Shown: piece after piece, positions 1 to 12,619 of the stretch
How positions within the stretch are numbered: position 1 is the stretch's first letter
Layout of the letters: every line of letters starts with the position of its first letter
NCBI RefSeq assembly: GCF_006345805.1
Contig: NC_043014.1
Location: 20,150,001-20,214,000, forward strand
Source of the DNA: Octopus sinensis
Lineage: Eukaryota
Direction of reading: 5' to 3'
Length of the DNA: 64,000 nucleotides
Notes under the pieces: model-generated
What the model was told of the DNA's origin: nothing
The model's database searches: none
What the model saw: only the letters and a program-made list of their open reading frames with translations
Program-made: the position numbers and the translations under genes

Positions 1-669
1 CAGAAAAATATCTCAGGTAATGACAGTTTGACAATACTCTAAGCCATTCCTTTTCATAAACGCTGGGCCATAAATATAAACTGTCAACAAGATATTATTG
101 TCAAAGTCCATCACAAAACTACAACTTTTCTAATAGTAGTAGCAATTCCAACGAACAACAATATTCCTTTGATGGAAATAAAGAGACAATCCAACTGGAG
201 ACAGTCGGAAATAAATGAATCTAGGATTGATACAAACAAAACTATTCACCCACAGATGTCTTGGCAGCAGCACGCGAATATGAAGACAAATGCATAACTC
301 AAACCAGAAGACATACACACATACGCCACATAACATTGCAAGGGACTGAGCATGTATTATAATTTCTACACGACCGAATGACACAGACCCCCACAACACA
401 CACACACATACACACACACACAAAACACACTGTGCTACGTGCGTGCGTAAGTCATAAGGTGCTGTTCTCCATTGTATAGTGAAAACACGGACTGAGTGAA
501 AGAATAATTATAATAATTAGGTATCGATTATAATAAGGACAAGAGTTCATGTAGTCTCTTTGCGAATTCTCCCATAACTGAAAATTAATTAGAAATGTGT
601 AATTATGTTAGATGCTTGTAATAACTCGCATATATATTGGTGAGTTTGTGTCTGTACGCATGCGTATAT

Positions 670-765
<96 letters not shown>

Positions 766-1078
766 TATATGTATGTATGCATGTATGTATATACATATAT
801 ACACACACACTCATCTCCGTGTTCATTGTCGTTATTGTCATCATCATTATCATCATTATGCATGATGCTAATTGCTTCTGAAAACAGTATTGTATCCCTT
901 ATTTAGAACATGGTTAATGCACTTAAGAACACTGAACTATGAATCACACACACATAAATATATATTATATATTATATAATGATGTGAATATATGCGTGTG
1001 TTTCTGTGTGTATTTGTAATGCCACAAAGAAGAGTGCAGAATTACACATTGTTAATTCATAATAATAATCTATACCTT

Positions 1079-1210
1079 GCTTACAGCCGTTTCAAATACG
1101 CTAGTTTTGCCGAATTTAATGATGTGTTCATTCTGTACATTAATCTCTCCACACTTAATCGACTATTGCATAGATCTGGAAAATCAACACTAGCATATCT
1201 CTCCCAAAAC
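1079..1210 (-). ncRNA. Decayed type I hammerhead-like motif with very long stem II
   Basis: Minus strand: gtt | TTGGGAG | agatatgctagt ... actagcgtattt | GAAA | cggctg | TA | agc. A 12-bp stem II lies flush with GAAA, the core spacing is exactly 7 nt and the site is GUA, but the core departs from CUGANGA. Confidence 0.45.
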
Positions 1211-1443
1211 TCGCTACACGGCAAAGAATGTAGGACCGGGAACCATGAGGAAATAATAGTAAACCGTGTATTATGAGTGAAAGAAAGAATAATACAAAAA
1301 AGCAAATAAAACTAAGTTGAAGTGATATGGAAATATGATATGGTAGGACTTTGTATTGCAGTGAAGCTTTATCTGACCTCGATAAAGATATATTCTGAGC
1401 AATACCAAAAACGTTATTTAGGTCACTCAAGTTACTGATCACT

Positions 1444-1447
<4 letters not shown>

Positions 1448-1477
<30 letters not shown>

Positions 1478-1580
1478 TGTATGTATGTATGTATGTATGT
1501 ATGTATGTATGTATGTATGTATGTATGTATGTATGTATGTATGTATGTATGTATGTATGTATGTATGTATGTATGTATGT
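1448..1580. repeat. (ATGT)n microsatellite
   Basis: Near-perfect tetranucleotide array; explains the MYVC-repeat ORF. Confidence 0.98.
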
Positions 1581-1766
1581 AGGGATCTCAATACCGAACA
1601 ATATAAATCATAAATTCATGCACAGACCATTTATTCGTTATTTGAAGAAATAGTTTATCAGATCTTAGAAAAGTTCAATTGATTTTAGCAAAACGAAAAG
1701 GCATTTCCTGCAGTAATTAAGACATTTTCTTTAGATGGTATTGTCGACTTAATTAGAAAAGAAATA

Positions 1767-2146
1767 GCGAGGCGTGGCTATGTAGTAAGATGCATGCTTC
1801 CCAACCACAAGGTTCTGGGTTCAGTCCCATTATGCAGTACCTTGGGAATTGTCTTCTACTTTGGCCTTGGGCCAGCTGAAGCCTTGTGAATGGATTTGTT
1901 GGACAGAAAATTAAATTAACCCGTCGGGTCTATGATTGTCTCCTACCAATATTAATTCTTGGGAACTGATCTTGGTGTGTTTACCTCCCTGTAAACTATT
2001 GGTTCGACAAAAGAAAACAGTAGAATAAGTACCAAGCTGAAAGCGAAAATAAGCACTGGGATCGATTCGTTCGACTAAAATTCTTGAAGCCGGTACCCCA
2101 GCCTGGCCGCAGTGTAACGGTGGAAACAAGCAAAGAATGAAAGATA
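1767..2146 (+). mobile_element. tRNA-derived SINE family A, diverged copy
   Basis: A box (tggctatgtagt) and B box (ggttcagtccc); body and tail are homologous to the copy at 4496-4902. Confidence 0.85.
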
Positions 2147-2477
2147 ATCGTTTACAGGAGTGCCCAAGTTATGTGCTTTGTTGAATGAATGCCAATAGTG
2201 TCTTTTTCATACTGTAAAGTATCCTGTACTTAACCTCATGAAAGAGAGAAAAAAATCATCCAGTATATTTCATATTGACATATATTTATTGGATGTTATC
2301 CATTTAGACATTTCGTTAAATTGGGAACTCTATTGAACTGTGCAACACAAACAAAGCTACAAACATCCCACCGAAAATAAACACTAATGGAAGTAGAAAC
2401 GACGAAAGTAATAATAGTAGCAGCAGCAAAGGAAACATTGCCAGCGACGGTGAAACCAATAATATCTGCAGAACACA

Positions 2478-2608
2478 AAATATTCTTTTCTACTCTAGGC
2501 ATAAGGCCCGAAAAGCAAAGTCGACATCGGCGGAATTTGAGCTCAGACCAAAAAGACAGACGAAATAATGTTAAGCATTTCGCCCGGAGTGCTGACGTTT
2601 CTGCCAGA
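2478..2608 (-). mobile_element. SINE family C, internally deleted
   Basis: Reverse complement of ctggcagaaacgtcagcac...tcaaattccgccga...cctagagtagaaaagaata, shared with other family C copies. Confidence 0.8.
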
Positions 2609-2759
2609 TTTTATAAGAACTCTAAATATTAGCAACAATAAAAATCAGCAACAACAGTAAGGTTTACAAGAGTTATTTCTTATTCCGTTATCTCTCATTC
2701 GTTCTTCCTCATGATACTTCTAATGGGAATTTATAACCAAACGAACCCTATAATATTTG

Positions 2760-2952
2760 GGGCGGGGAACGTTAATGCGCCGGGTTAAACGGAATTTTGT
2801 CTGTCTTTACGTTCTGCGTTTAAATTCCACCAAGGTCGACTTTGCCTTTCATCCTTTCGGAGTCGATAAATTAAGTATCAGTTGCGTACTGGGGTCAATC
2901 TAATCGACTGGCCCCCTCCCCAAAAACTTGTGCCTAGAGTAGAAAAGAATAT
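2760..2952 (+). mobile_element. SINE family C
   Basis: Core gtcgactttgcctttcatcctttcggagtcgataaattaagt...ctggggtc; 3' end tgtgcctagagtagaaaagaata. Confidence 0.85.
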
Positions 2953-3378
2953 TTGGGGTGGGGGATTACTATTTATTTATATCTTTATTTTGGCTTCGTA
3001 TATGTACTTACCTGTGTATTTTCTATCTTTTACTTTGTTAGCATGTATAGTGTATCGATGTTTTTTTTCTTATTTATCTATTAATTTTTATCGATGCATT
3101 TCATTTTTTTTTTTTTACTGCAACGTATCTTGTCTCTCAATTTCGTCTGAGGACTGTTAGAATGCAATACATATTAAGTTATACATTATTATATGGCAAA
3201 ATGAATTGGTAAGAGGATATAGCGAGGAGGTCTTTAAAAAGTCACGTCACCTGGGGAAGCGCTTTCTACACTTGTCATGCAAGACAATTTGACTGCACAG
3301 CATCTTACCTATTAGCTACAATAGCGAGAGAATAAGTCGAAATGATTGTAATTTCGTGAATGCTATTTTCTGTCTGAG

Positions 3379-3379
<1 letters not shown>

Positions 3380-3439
<60 letters not shown>

Positions 3440-3526
3440 AATCTATCAATCTATCGATCTATTTATCTATCTACCTTCTCTCTCTCTCTCTTTCTCTGTC
3501 TCTCTTTCTCTGTCTCTCTTTCTCTG

Positions 3527-3591
<65 letters not shown>

Positions 3592-3622
3592 CTATAGATA
3601 GATAGAAAGAGAGACAGAGAGA
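3380..3622. repeat. Compound (TATC)n/(TC)n/(TA)n/(GA)n microsatellite
   Basis: Directly visible. Confidence 0.97.
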
Positions 3623-3644
3623 TGTATACCAAGAGCCCATTCCC

Positions 3645-4420
3645 GGTTGTAACTGTTGAGACCCTGAAGCTTGCTCACTTGATCAGACGTGTTTGATAAA
3701 CCCAGTTTATATGAAGCCAACATTACAGCAGTGCTCAAATACAATGTAATCGGAAATAAAGCTTACACCGGTTTATGCGAAGGAAATTTTAAAAGCCGTT
3801 ATGCAAATCACCAGTCTTTTTTCCGAAACATTGATAAAAATAAAGCCACAAAAGTCGCTAGCCATGGTCTTCAGATACTTAAAGACTCCGCCGGTTACGA
3901 CGACGAGGGTCCCAGCTGATACGATCAACGGAACAGCTTGCTCGTGAAATTAACGTGCAAATGGCTGAGCATTCCACAGACACGTGTACCCTTAACGTAG
4001 TTCTCGGGGATAATCAGCGTGACACAGAGAGTGACAAGGCTGACCCTTTGAAATACAAGTACAACTCATTTTTGCCAGCTGAGTGGACTGGAGCAACGTG
4101 AAATAAAGTGTCTTGCTCAAGGACACAACGCGTCGCCGGGAATCGAACTCACAACCTTACGATCATGAGCCGAATGCCCTAACCACTAAGCCACGCGCCC
4201 TCACTCTTCAGATACTATGGATCTGAAGACCAGCATTAAACTGCATATACTGAAATGAAGGTATTTATGTCATATATACATGGATCAACGAGATGCAAGA
4301 TAAGCGAAGCTGAAATATAGTACATTCCTTTTGGATCTAAATGTTCCACCACACTACTTAATTCTACATCGAAAATTTTTAGAAATGCAATCAGGTGAAT
4401 ATGTTCCTTTTGTCGAACCG
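3645..4420 (+). pseudogene. Penelope-like element GIY-YIG endonuclease remnant (Hydra-clade-like), split by a SINE
   Basis: Translates GCNC*DPEACSLDQTCLI / LYEANI...AYTGLCEGNFKSRYANHQSFF...ATKVASH. After the SINE it continues IKLHILK*...GSTRCKISEAE...LLNSTSKIF*KCNQVNMFLLS. Contains stops and a frameshift. Confidence 0.8.
3880..4204 (-). mobile_element. tRNA-derived SINE family B, full length with 12-bp TSD
   Basis: Minus-strand A box tggcttagtgg, B box gttcgattcc and central gtgtccttgagcaagacac. TSD tcttcagatact at 3868-3879 and 4205-4216. Confidence 0.95.
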
Positions 4421-4495
4421 CAGTTCACCACCCTCTCCGGATTTAGTAGCTATCTCACATACTTTGGCCTCCTCTCCGTATATTATTCTACACCT

Positions 4496-4656
4496 GCGCA
4501 GGAGTGGCTGTGTGGTAAGTAGCTTGCTAACCAACCACCTGGTTCCGGGTTCAGTCCCACTGCGTGGCATTTTAGGCAAGTGTCTTCTGCTATAGCCCCG
4601 GGCCGACCAATGCCTTGTGAGTGGATTTGGTAGACGGAAACTGAAAGAAGCCTGTC

Positions 4657-4694
<38 letters not shown>

Positions 4695-4902
4695 GTGTGT
4701 GTGTCTGTGTTTGTCCCCCTAGCATTGCTTGACAACCGATGCTGGTGTGTTTACGTCCCCGCCACTTAGCGGTTCGGCAAAAGAGACCAATGAATAAGTA
4801 CTGGGCTTACAAAGAATAAGTCCCGGGGTCGATTTGCTCGACAAAAGGCAGTGCTCCAGCATGGTCGCAGTCAAATGACTGAAACAAGTAAAAAGAGTAA
4901 AA
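4496..4902 (+). mobile_element. tRNA-derived SINE family A, full length
   Basis: gcgcaggagtggctgtgtggtaag head, B box ggttcagtccc, internal (TA)n/(TG)n and taaaa(a)gag tail; about 10 copies in the window. Confidence 0.95.
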
Positions 4903-5627
4903 TAAATTATAAAAAAAAGAGAGAGCTGCATTAATTATGGTCCCAAAGGGGATAAATATCTTGGTTTTCTGAATTTTCTTTTCTTTCTTTTCGTTACACT
5001 GGTTGCATCAAACGTCTTCACGCTTTACTTCTCACTTTTTCACACTTTCTCTTAGACCAGCGTCTCGGTTATCAAATAGGCCTAACCGTATACATTGAGC
5101 TTAGAGACGCATGTCATGTTATATAGATCTGCCAAATTATTGTATCTCTACAGCCTGAAACTATTAGTAGCCAATTCTTTAATTGTGTATACTACAGAAT
5201 CACACGCATACAAACACACACAGACACACACACGCAAACAAACAAACACACACTCACACACATATATGTATTTGGAAAAATTGGAGTCAACAAGGAGTAC
5301 GGTTTCACATTTATTGCTTAATCATTACAATTGTTTCTACGCTAGAAGTGTACAGGTACTTAAATATGAAACCGCTTCCTTGTATCATGAAATCTGTGTT
5401 TCCTCAAGCGATATGCAAATATTGTCTACGTTGTGAATGAAAAATAAATGTCCGTTTTGATTCCAATTTTTTAAAGTATCTATTCATACATGACAGATAC
5501 CCAAACGCAAAACTGGAAGTATGCGTAATACTACTACTAGAGAGCACCGGATAAAACTGAAAGTGGACGAGCTTTCTACTGTGATCTTCGATGTTCTTAA
5601 CAGAATATGCCATAACTATAAATACAT

Positions 5628-5692
<65 letters not shown>

Positions 5693-5709
5693 ATATAATA
5701 TATATAATA

Positions 5710-5778
<69 letters not shown>

Positions 5779-5788
5779 TATATATACA

Positions 5789-6320
5789 TTCTCTATTTGA
5801 GAATTAAGGCTACCATTGGTTTTATGTTAAGAAAAGTAGGAAAATATCTTAGTGTCTTAACAATTTTCCAAGCCGATCACATAGAGAAAGGTGTTCGCCT
5901 CCTTCCAAAGGTGTTATCCCTTTTCCTAAACGTGAACACACATAGCACACAAACTTCACACAAAAGCAAAATGTGCCCCAATGACCAACTACCGCAACAT
6001 ACAATTAGAAGAACACCATGTCCAGAACAAAAACAAACAAATAATGCAAAATAATTAATTATTAAAAAATCAACCGAAATGACAACTCCAAGGGAGACAA
6101 ACTCCAAAAGATGCAAACTCCATGAACGAAGCAAGACTTTTTTCCAAAATGGAGGTGAACATCTTTCTCCATGTGATCGGCTTGAAAAATTGTTAAGATA
6201 CTAGGATAATTCCCTAGTTTAATTTACATGAAACCAATGGTAGCCTTAATTCACAAATAAAGAAATTATATATCCACCAATGCGGTGTTGCGCACTCATT
6301 TCATCGTTCGGCATTTACGT
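5789..6320. mobile_element. Inverted-repeat element between microsatellites (PLE pseudo-LTR-like)
   Basis: Arms about 5789-5908 and 6146-6264 are diverged reverse complements, each with an HHR-like motif, followed by a short unpaired tail. Confidence 0.7.
6179..6245 (+). ncRNA. Type I hammerhead-like motif with U3-A8 core
   Basis: ggc | TTGAAAA | attgttaag...acat | GAAA | ccaatgg | TA | gcc. The inverted copy at 5808-5874 (-) has core TTGGAAA and G12 changed to A, but a better stem II (tgttaaga/tcttaaca). Confidence 0.55.
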
Positions 6321-6414
6321 ATGTGTGTGTATATATCTATATATATGTATTTGTGTGTGTGTATGTATGTATATACATATATACATATACTTGCATGTGT
6401 GTGTGTGTGTGTGT

Positions 6415-7132
6415 GTATAAACACACCTAGCATATTTTAAGCACACTCTTTTCAGACAATGTTCACCTTTAAAAGGCAAAACGACTGATTATAAAGCCAG
6501 TTATTATTTGATTTAGGCGTACATTTCGATGCAAAGCGAACTAACATACCTTTCGTTACAAAGTTAAATATATTTTATCTTCTCACTATTCTTCGGTATT
6601 TACCAAAGCCTAAGCTATACATTCTAAAACACTCTAACACGCATAGCTTTGTTTATATGACTATCCTTCTGTATATCTGTCTAATTTTGTATGTGCGTAT
6701 GCGTGCGTAATTTGTCTATGTATTTTTATCATATATGTGTGTGTGGTATGTGGTGTGTGTGGTGTGTGTGTGTGTATAAACACACCTAGCATATTTTAAG
6801 CACACTCTTTTCAGACAATGTTCACCTTTAAAAGGCAAAACGACTGATTATAAAGCCAGTTATTATTTGATTTAGGCGTACATTTCGATGCAAAGCGAAC
6901 TAACATACCTTTCGTTACAAAGTTAAATATATTTTATCTTCTCACTATTCTTCGGTATTTACCAAAGCCTAAGCTATACATTCTAAAACACTCTAAACAC
7001 GCATAGCTTTGTTTATATGACTATCCTTCTGTATATCTGTCTAATTTTGTATGTGCGTATGCGTGCGTAAATTTGTCTATGTATTTTTATCATATATGTG
7101 TGTGTGGTATGTGTGTGTGTGTGTGTGTGTGG
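6415..7132. repeat. Near-identical 359-bp tandem duplication bounded by (TG)n
   Basis: Units start at about 6415 and 6774; the differences seen outside the microsatellite are two 1-nt A-run indels. Confidence 0.95.
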
Positions 7133-10100
7133 TGTGTGTGTGCGTGCGTGCGCGTAGAAACTGTACCAGTATGCGGGTGTCTTCCGTGTTTGTGCGTGGA
7201 TTGGTTTCCTCTAATTGGTTATTTATTTTATTCCTAATCTTCTGTGCATGTGTCTCTATACGTATGTATATACACACTCACACACAGACATCGTATAAGT
7301 CTATGTGTCTGTGTGTATTCAGTCTGTATATGTATGTTTATTTTTGTGTAACTTTTGAACAAATTTCAATTTAGTCCAATCAATATCTTAAAAGCAATTT
7401 AAATCCAAACAAATCCATGTTAATCTCTCTCTTTCTCTCTTTCTCTCTCTCTCTCTTTCTTTCTCTCTTTCTCTCTTTCATTCTCTCCTTCTCTCTCTCC
7501 AGAACGGATGGCAAAACAGGTGGTAATGGTATTGGTGGTGGTAGAGGTGTTAGTGTTGTTAATGGTGGTGCTGGTAATAATTGAGGCAGCAGTGGTCATA
7601 GGGATGGTGATGCTAGTGATGGTGTTAGCGGTGGTAGTGGTGATGGTGGTGATGATGATAGTGGTGATAGGATAGTGAATAACATTCGTTGTTCATTAGT
7701 TGAAGTGTTAATTTTCCTTGTGCTCATGATAAATCCCCGAATCTGATATTTGCTTTCCTCCTAATGGATTGCACAGTAATTATTCCGGTTTATTTCCAGT
7801 TGCCAGCATAACGTTGCATATTTTTGTTTAATTTTGTTTTCGAAAATGTTTTGACTTACTTTTTATTGGTATATTTTATCATACGATGTATAGATGACGA
7901 TTGTTGTTTCATGCACTGTAGCCCAGGCCAGAATACCGGTTAACAGATATAAGAAATGACAGTCTAAAGTACAAGAAGAAATGGATGATATGTCCCTATT
8001 GGTTTGAGTAGAAGTGGGGAAAAAGGTGACGAAAATTGGAAGAAAATTGAAAAGAAACGCAGAATTTTTAATGAAAAATATATACAGAGAGTCGTAGCTA
8101 TAAATAGTGTTAGAGGCAGTAATCTAACAGTAGCCTAGCAACCGCAACTGGTTTTGTTATTGTTACTATACTGAGGTGGAATAAACGGGTTCTCTCCTCT
8201 TCCCATACACCATAACTTAATGTTCCCCGCCACCAAAAGTTCGTTTAGTGCCATAATTGATACAGGGGTGAAAACAAATCAGTTTTTGTTGCCAGCTTTC
8301 ACGTTGCAAGTATAATTATCTCCGAGGTCAACAACGGGTATCATCTATATTGGATAGAGAAAACAGTAATCAAATACTAAATATAATTTGATTTATGATA
8401 TGCATAATTTGTGACGTTCTGTCTACAACTGATACCAATGTTTACCTAATCAAACAGTTGCACTGAACCGATATTCTATCAAACAATGTCACTCAATACT
8501 GTTACAGCAGCGGAGAAATCCCTTGCGGTATTTTTCCGGCCCTTTACATTCTAAGTTCAAATCCTGCCGAGACCAACTTTCTCCCTCATCGCAAATACTA
8601 GGTTTTACCAGTTCGATGCAAACTGCACCGGCACGGAACTACCGGAGGCCGTGCACACGTGTTTGTCCAAGATACGCGTAGAGCAATAAAAACAATCTGT
8701 ACGGACTTTCATAATGTCTGAACATTGGCGATTTGTGTTTTGTCACACATGTAGCGCAGGTCCAACTATAATCCAAGTCCATCTGGAAGATCGATCCATC
8801 AACTTACTTTGCTCAGAAAAGACTATGACGATAGAGATGTAAGGAACGACGCTCAGCAGAGTGATGACTTGCCTTTCCGGTTATCTTCAAGAGTCCCTTA
8901 TCACTATAAGAGTGCAAAGGTTGTCGATGCTCTGAAGTAATTTTCACTCTCTTTATGTTTAAATTTCAAACAATTGACGGCATTAATTTTCATCATTTCG
9001 GGGCCGATAAAAGAAGTTACCAGTCAAGTATTGTGGTCATCATTATCATTGTTTTAGAGAGTCAGGATCACAAGAACGCCGGACAAAATCCCGCATTAAT
9101 CCGATTCTTTACTCTTCAGTTTAATTCCTACCGAGATTATCCTTGCTATCAGTTCTTCTGAAATCAATAAACTAAAACAACAGTCAATTACTGGGGTCGA
9201 TATTATCAATTGTACCCTCTTTTCCAATGTATGTACGTAATAAATCATTCTGGTTGTTGTTGATGTTGATTTGGGGTTAATGAAATGACACTAGCGAAGC
9301 TCTTGGTTATAAAACTGCCGTACACGTTTTTAGCTACAACATTTGCTTCCAACATAATTCATATCCATGTCAAACTGTCTTTTCCTTTTCCCGTTGCTCG
9401 AATACCAGTAAGATATAAGGTTGCGTAATTGGACAATATCTTGACGCTCAACTCTATCCACAATAGCAAATGTTGTAGAGTAGAAGATAAGACATCATTA
9501 TTATGTATAATAAATAGTCCAGATTCAAATAAATATAGGATATATTCCACCAGCAACTATTGTATCTTAGTTATTTAATATGAAAATGATTAAAAGCATT
9601 CATCCGAATTTGTCATATAAATACAAGGCTTATCTTCCAAGAGCCTTAACCACTTGGGATGATATGCGTATATTCTTAAATATGATCGACTTTTGTTTCC
9701 ACTAAGAATCTTTGAAGAAATTCACCGATATGAAACGATAATGTGCATATACCTACATGCATGCATATTCAAGCGTACATATACACAAACACACGCAAGG
9801 ATGCACAAGTGGATTCATAGATTATTTGGTTGATAGGTAAATAGATAAATGGATCGATTTACAGAAATTAAGACAAACAGATAGGCACAGATATACATAT
9901 ATACAAACACTCACACATGCACTGCTAAATATACATTTATTTATCTATCCACATATATACGCATGCGCATGCACACACACGTATCAGACATATAATCATA
10001 CATTTACGCCAAAGAAAATTTATTTATAAAGTGATGGCAATTTTATATACATAGTTCCATCAATAGTTTAGAATCTTTACACAATTATCTTTTTCTTGTT

Positions 10101-10392
10101 CTTTCTTTTAACTTTTATCTATTTAACTTCGCGTCCTTGCTGACTTAATCTCTCTAATCTGTTCGAAAAAAAAAAATCACCCAAAATTTCACGACGTCAT
10201 CTTTAGTCATAAATATCTGCATTACTTCTTTTAAATACATTTAACAGCGCTTCACTGCGCACAGTTTGCTTGTAACACATTTACATATCTGTATTAGATT
10301 ATGATCCGTCGTTGTCACTATCATACATGTTTTTTAATGAATTTTTGATGATGGTAAAGCTTTAATTCATGTTATATCAATTATATTTTATG

Positions 10393-10696
10393 TATACATT
10401 GAATTTTGCTGTTATTTTTAATATTTTCAAAAGTATTACGCAGCGTCGTGTAAAAGTTTCTTTATAATTCATACGTGCGTGTCTATAGGTATCTACATGT
10501 ACATATGTGTGTGTGTGTATGTGAGTTTAAGTATGTGTATGTATATATGTTGTGTGTGTACAGGCATGAGTGCATTTGTCGTGTATATATATGTATATTT
10601 ATGCATATACATGTATATAAACTTATGTGTGTATATACATATATATATGTGTATCTACATGTCTATAAACTTATGTGTGTATATCTGCACTATATA

Positions 10697-10745
<49 letters not shown>

Positions 10746-10890
10746 CGGGCACACAGACAGACTGACAGACAGACAGATAGATAGATACATACATACATAC
10801 ACACACAAACACACACACACACCACACACACACACACATACACACACACACACCACACACACACATATATATATGTATATATATATATAT

Positions 10891-10922
<32 letters not shown>

Positions 10923-10925
10923 TAT

Positions 10926-10979
<54 letters not shown>

Positions 10980-11043
10980 TGTGTGTATGTATGTATGTAT
11001 CTATCTATCTATCTGTCTGTCTGTCAGTCTGTCTGTGTGCCCG

Positions 11044-11110
<67 letters not shown>

Positions 11111-11405
11111 CAGATATACACACATAAGTTTATAGACATGTAGATACACATATATATATGTATATACACACATAAGTTTATATACATGTATATGCATAAA
11201 TATACATATATATACACGACAAATGCACTCATGCCTGTACACACACAACATATATACATACACATACTTAAACTCACATACACACACACACATATGTACA
11301 TGTAGATACCTATAGACACGCACGTATGAATTATAAAGAAACTTTTACACGACGCTGCGTAATAATTTTGAAAATATTAAAAATAACAGCAAAATTCAAT
11401 GTATA
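10393..11405. repeat. ~1-kb near-perfect palindrome centred on (TA)n
   Basis: The left arm (10393 to about 10885) is the reverse complement of the right arm (about 10905 to 11405); one substitution seen plus microsatellite length changes. Confidence 0.95.
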
Positions 11406-11420
11406 TATATATATATATAC

Positions 11421-11600
11421 ATGCTGGACCGCTGAAATCTACATATTTTTTCACTCTGTTATTTTCTCTATTCCTTCTGTTGAAGAGCCTAGGCTTGAAA
11501 CGTAACAAACCTTTTCATTTTTCCCGAGCGTCAAAATAATACACTTGCATGTTGTTCATACACCTGTCTTCGTCTTTTGATTTTCTATAAACTTCAATTA
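11421..11600 (+). mobile_element. Short PLE pseudo-LTR-like remnant with minimal HHR-like motif (11473-11508)
   Basis: tt | CTGTTGA | a | gagc ctag gctt | GAAA | cgt a, followed by cccgagcgtcaaaataatac, a motif shared with the 26474/43694 elements. Flanked by (TA)n and (GATA)n. Confidence 0.6.
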
Positions 11601-11782
<182 letters not shown>

Positions 11783-12215
11783 ATCTATCCAGGAGAATGT
11801 CGTGTGACACTAACTTTAATGACATGGGTTTTTATTTAGAGTTTGTCCAAGTTTGTCAGAACAAAGCTGGCTCACCTCTGATTTCCTTAGGATCTCCAAG
11901 CTGCTATACGAAGGGAGAAAGATAAATCCTGGCTCGGATTGCTTCAGTAGTAAGGTGAAGTCCAACATAATCCCCATCTACTCCCCAGGAACCAGAAGCG
12001 TTATCCCAATCTAACGGAAGAATATAAACGTTGAAGCATGCGTCTATTCAGTTTCTCTGCCCATGCGCAATCATTGACCATCCGACCATCTTCCACGTAC
12101 TATCTCTATATTTGGTTTAGCTTACAATGTTCTGGTCGACCCTTGTATCTTGCAAAAGACAATTCCGCAAGATGCCAAGCATTTGCTCGCGTACAAGCAG
12201 TTCAGACTAAAGAGA

Positions 12216-12604
12216 CTCTCTTTACTCTTTTACTTGTTTCAGTCATTTAACTGTGGCCATGCTGGATCACCACCTTTAGTCGAGCACAAAGCCTAGTACT
12301 TATTCTATCGTTCTCTTTTGCGAAACCGCTAAATTACGGGGCCGTTAACACACCAGCAACGGTTGTTAAACGATGTTGGGGGACAAACACAAACACATAA
12401 ACACACAGACACACACACACACACATATATACATATATACGACGGGCTTCTTTCAGTTTCCGCCTACCAAATCCACTCACAAGGCTTTGGTAGGTCCGAG
12501 GCTATAGTAGAAGGCACTTGCCCAATGTGCCAGGCAGGTGGGAATGAACCCGGAACCATGAGGCTGGTAAGCAACCTACTTGCCACACAGCCACTCCTGC
12601 GCCT
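12216..12604 (-). mobile_element. SINE family A, full length
   Basis: Reverse complement of the 4496-4902 copy. Confidence 0.95.
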
Positions 12605-12619
12605 GTGGAATTTATTAAA

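Noticed and set aside
3657-3659. In-frame TGA beside Cys residues as selenocysteine
   Set aside because: More simply CGA-to-TGA decay in a dead element that has other stops and a frameshift.
3880-4204. tRNA-like heads as real tRNA genes
   Set aside because: They continue into SINE bodies, have TSDs and lack a complete cloverleaf with a terminator.
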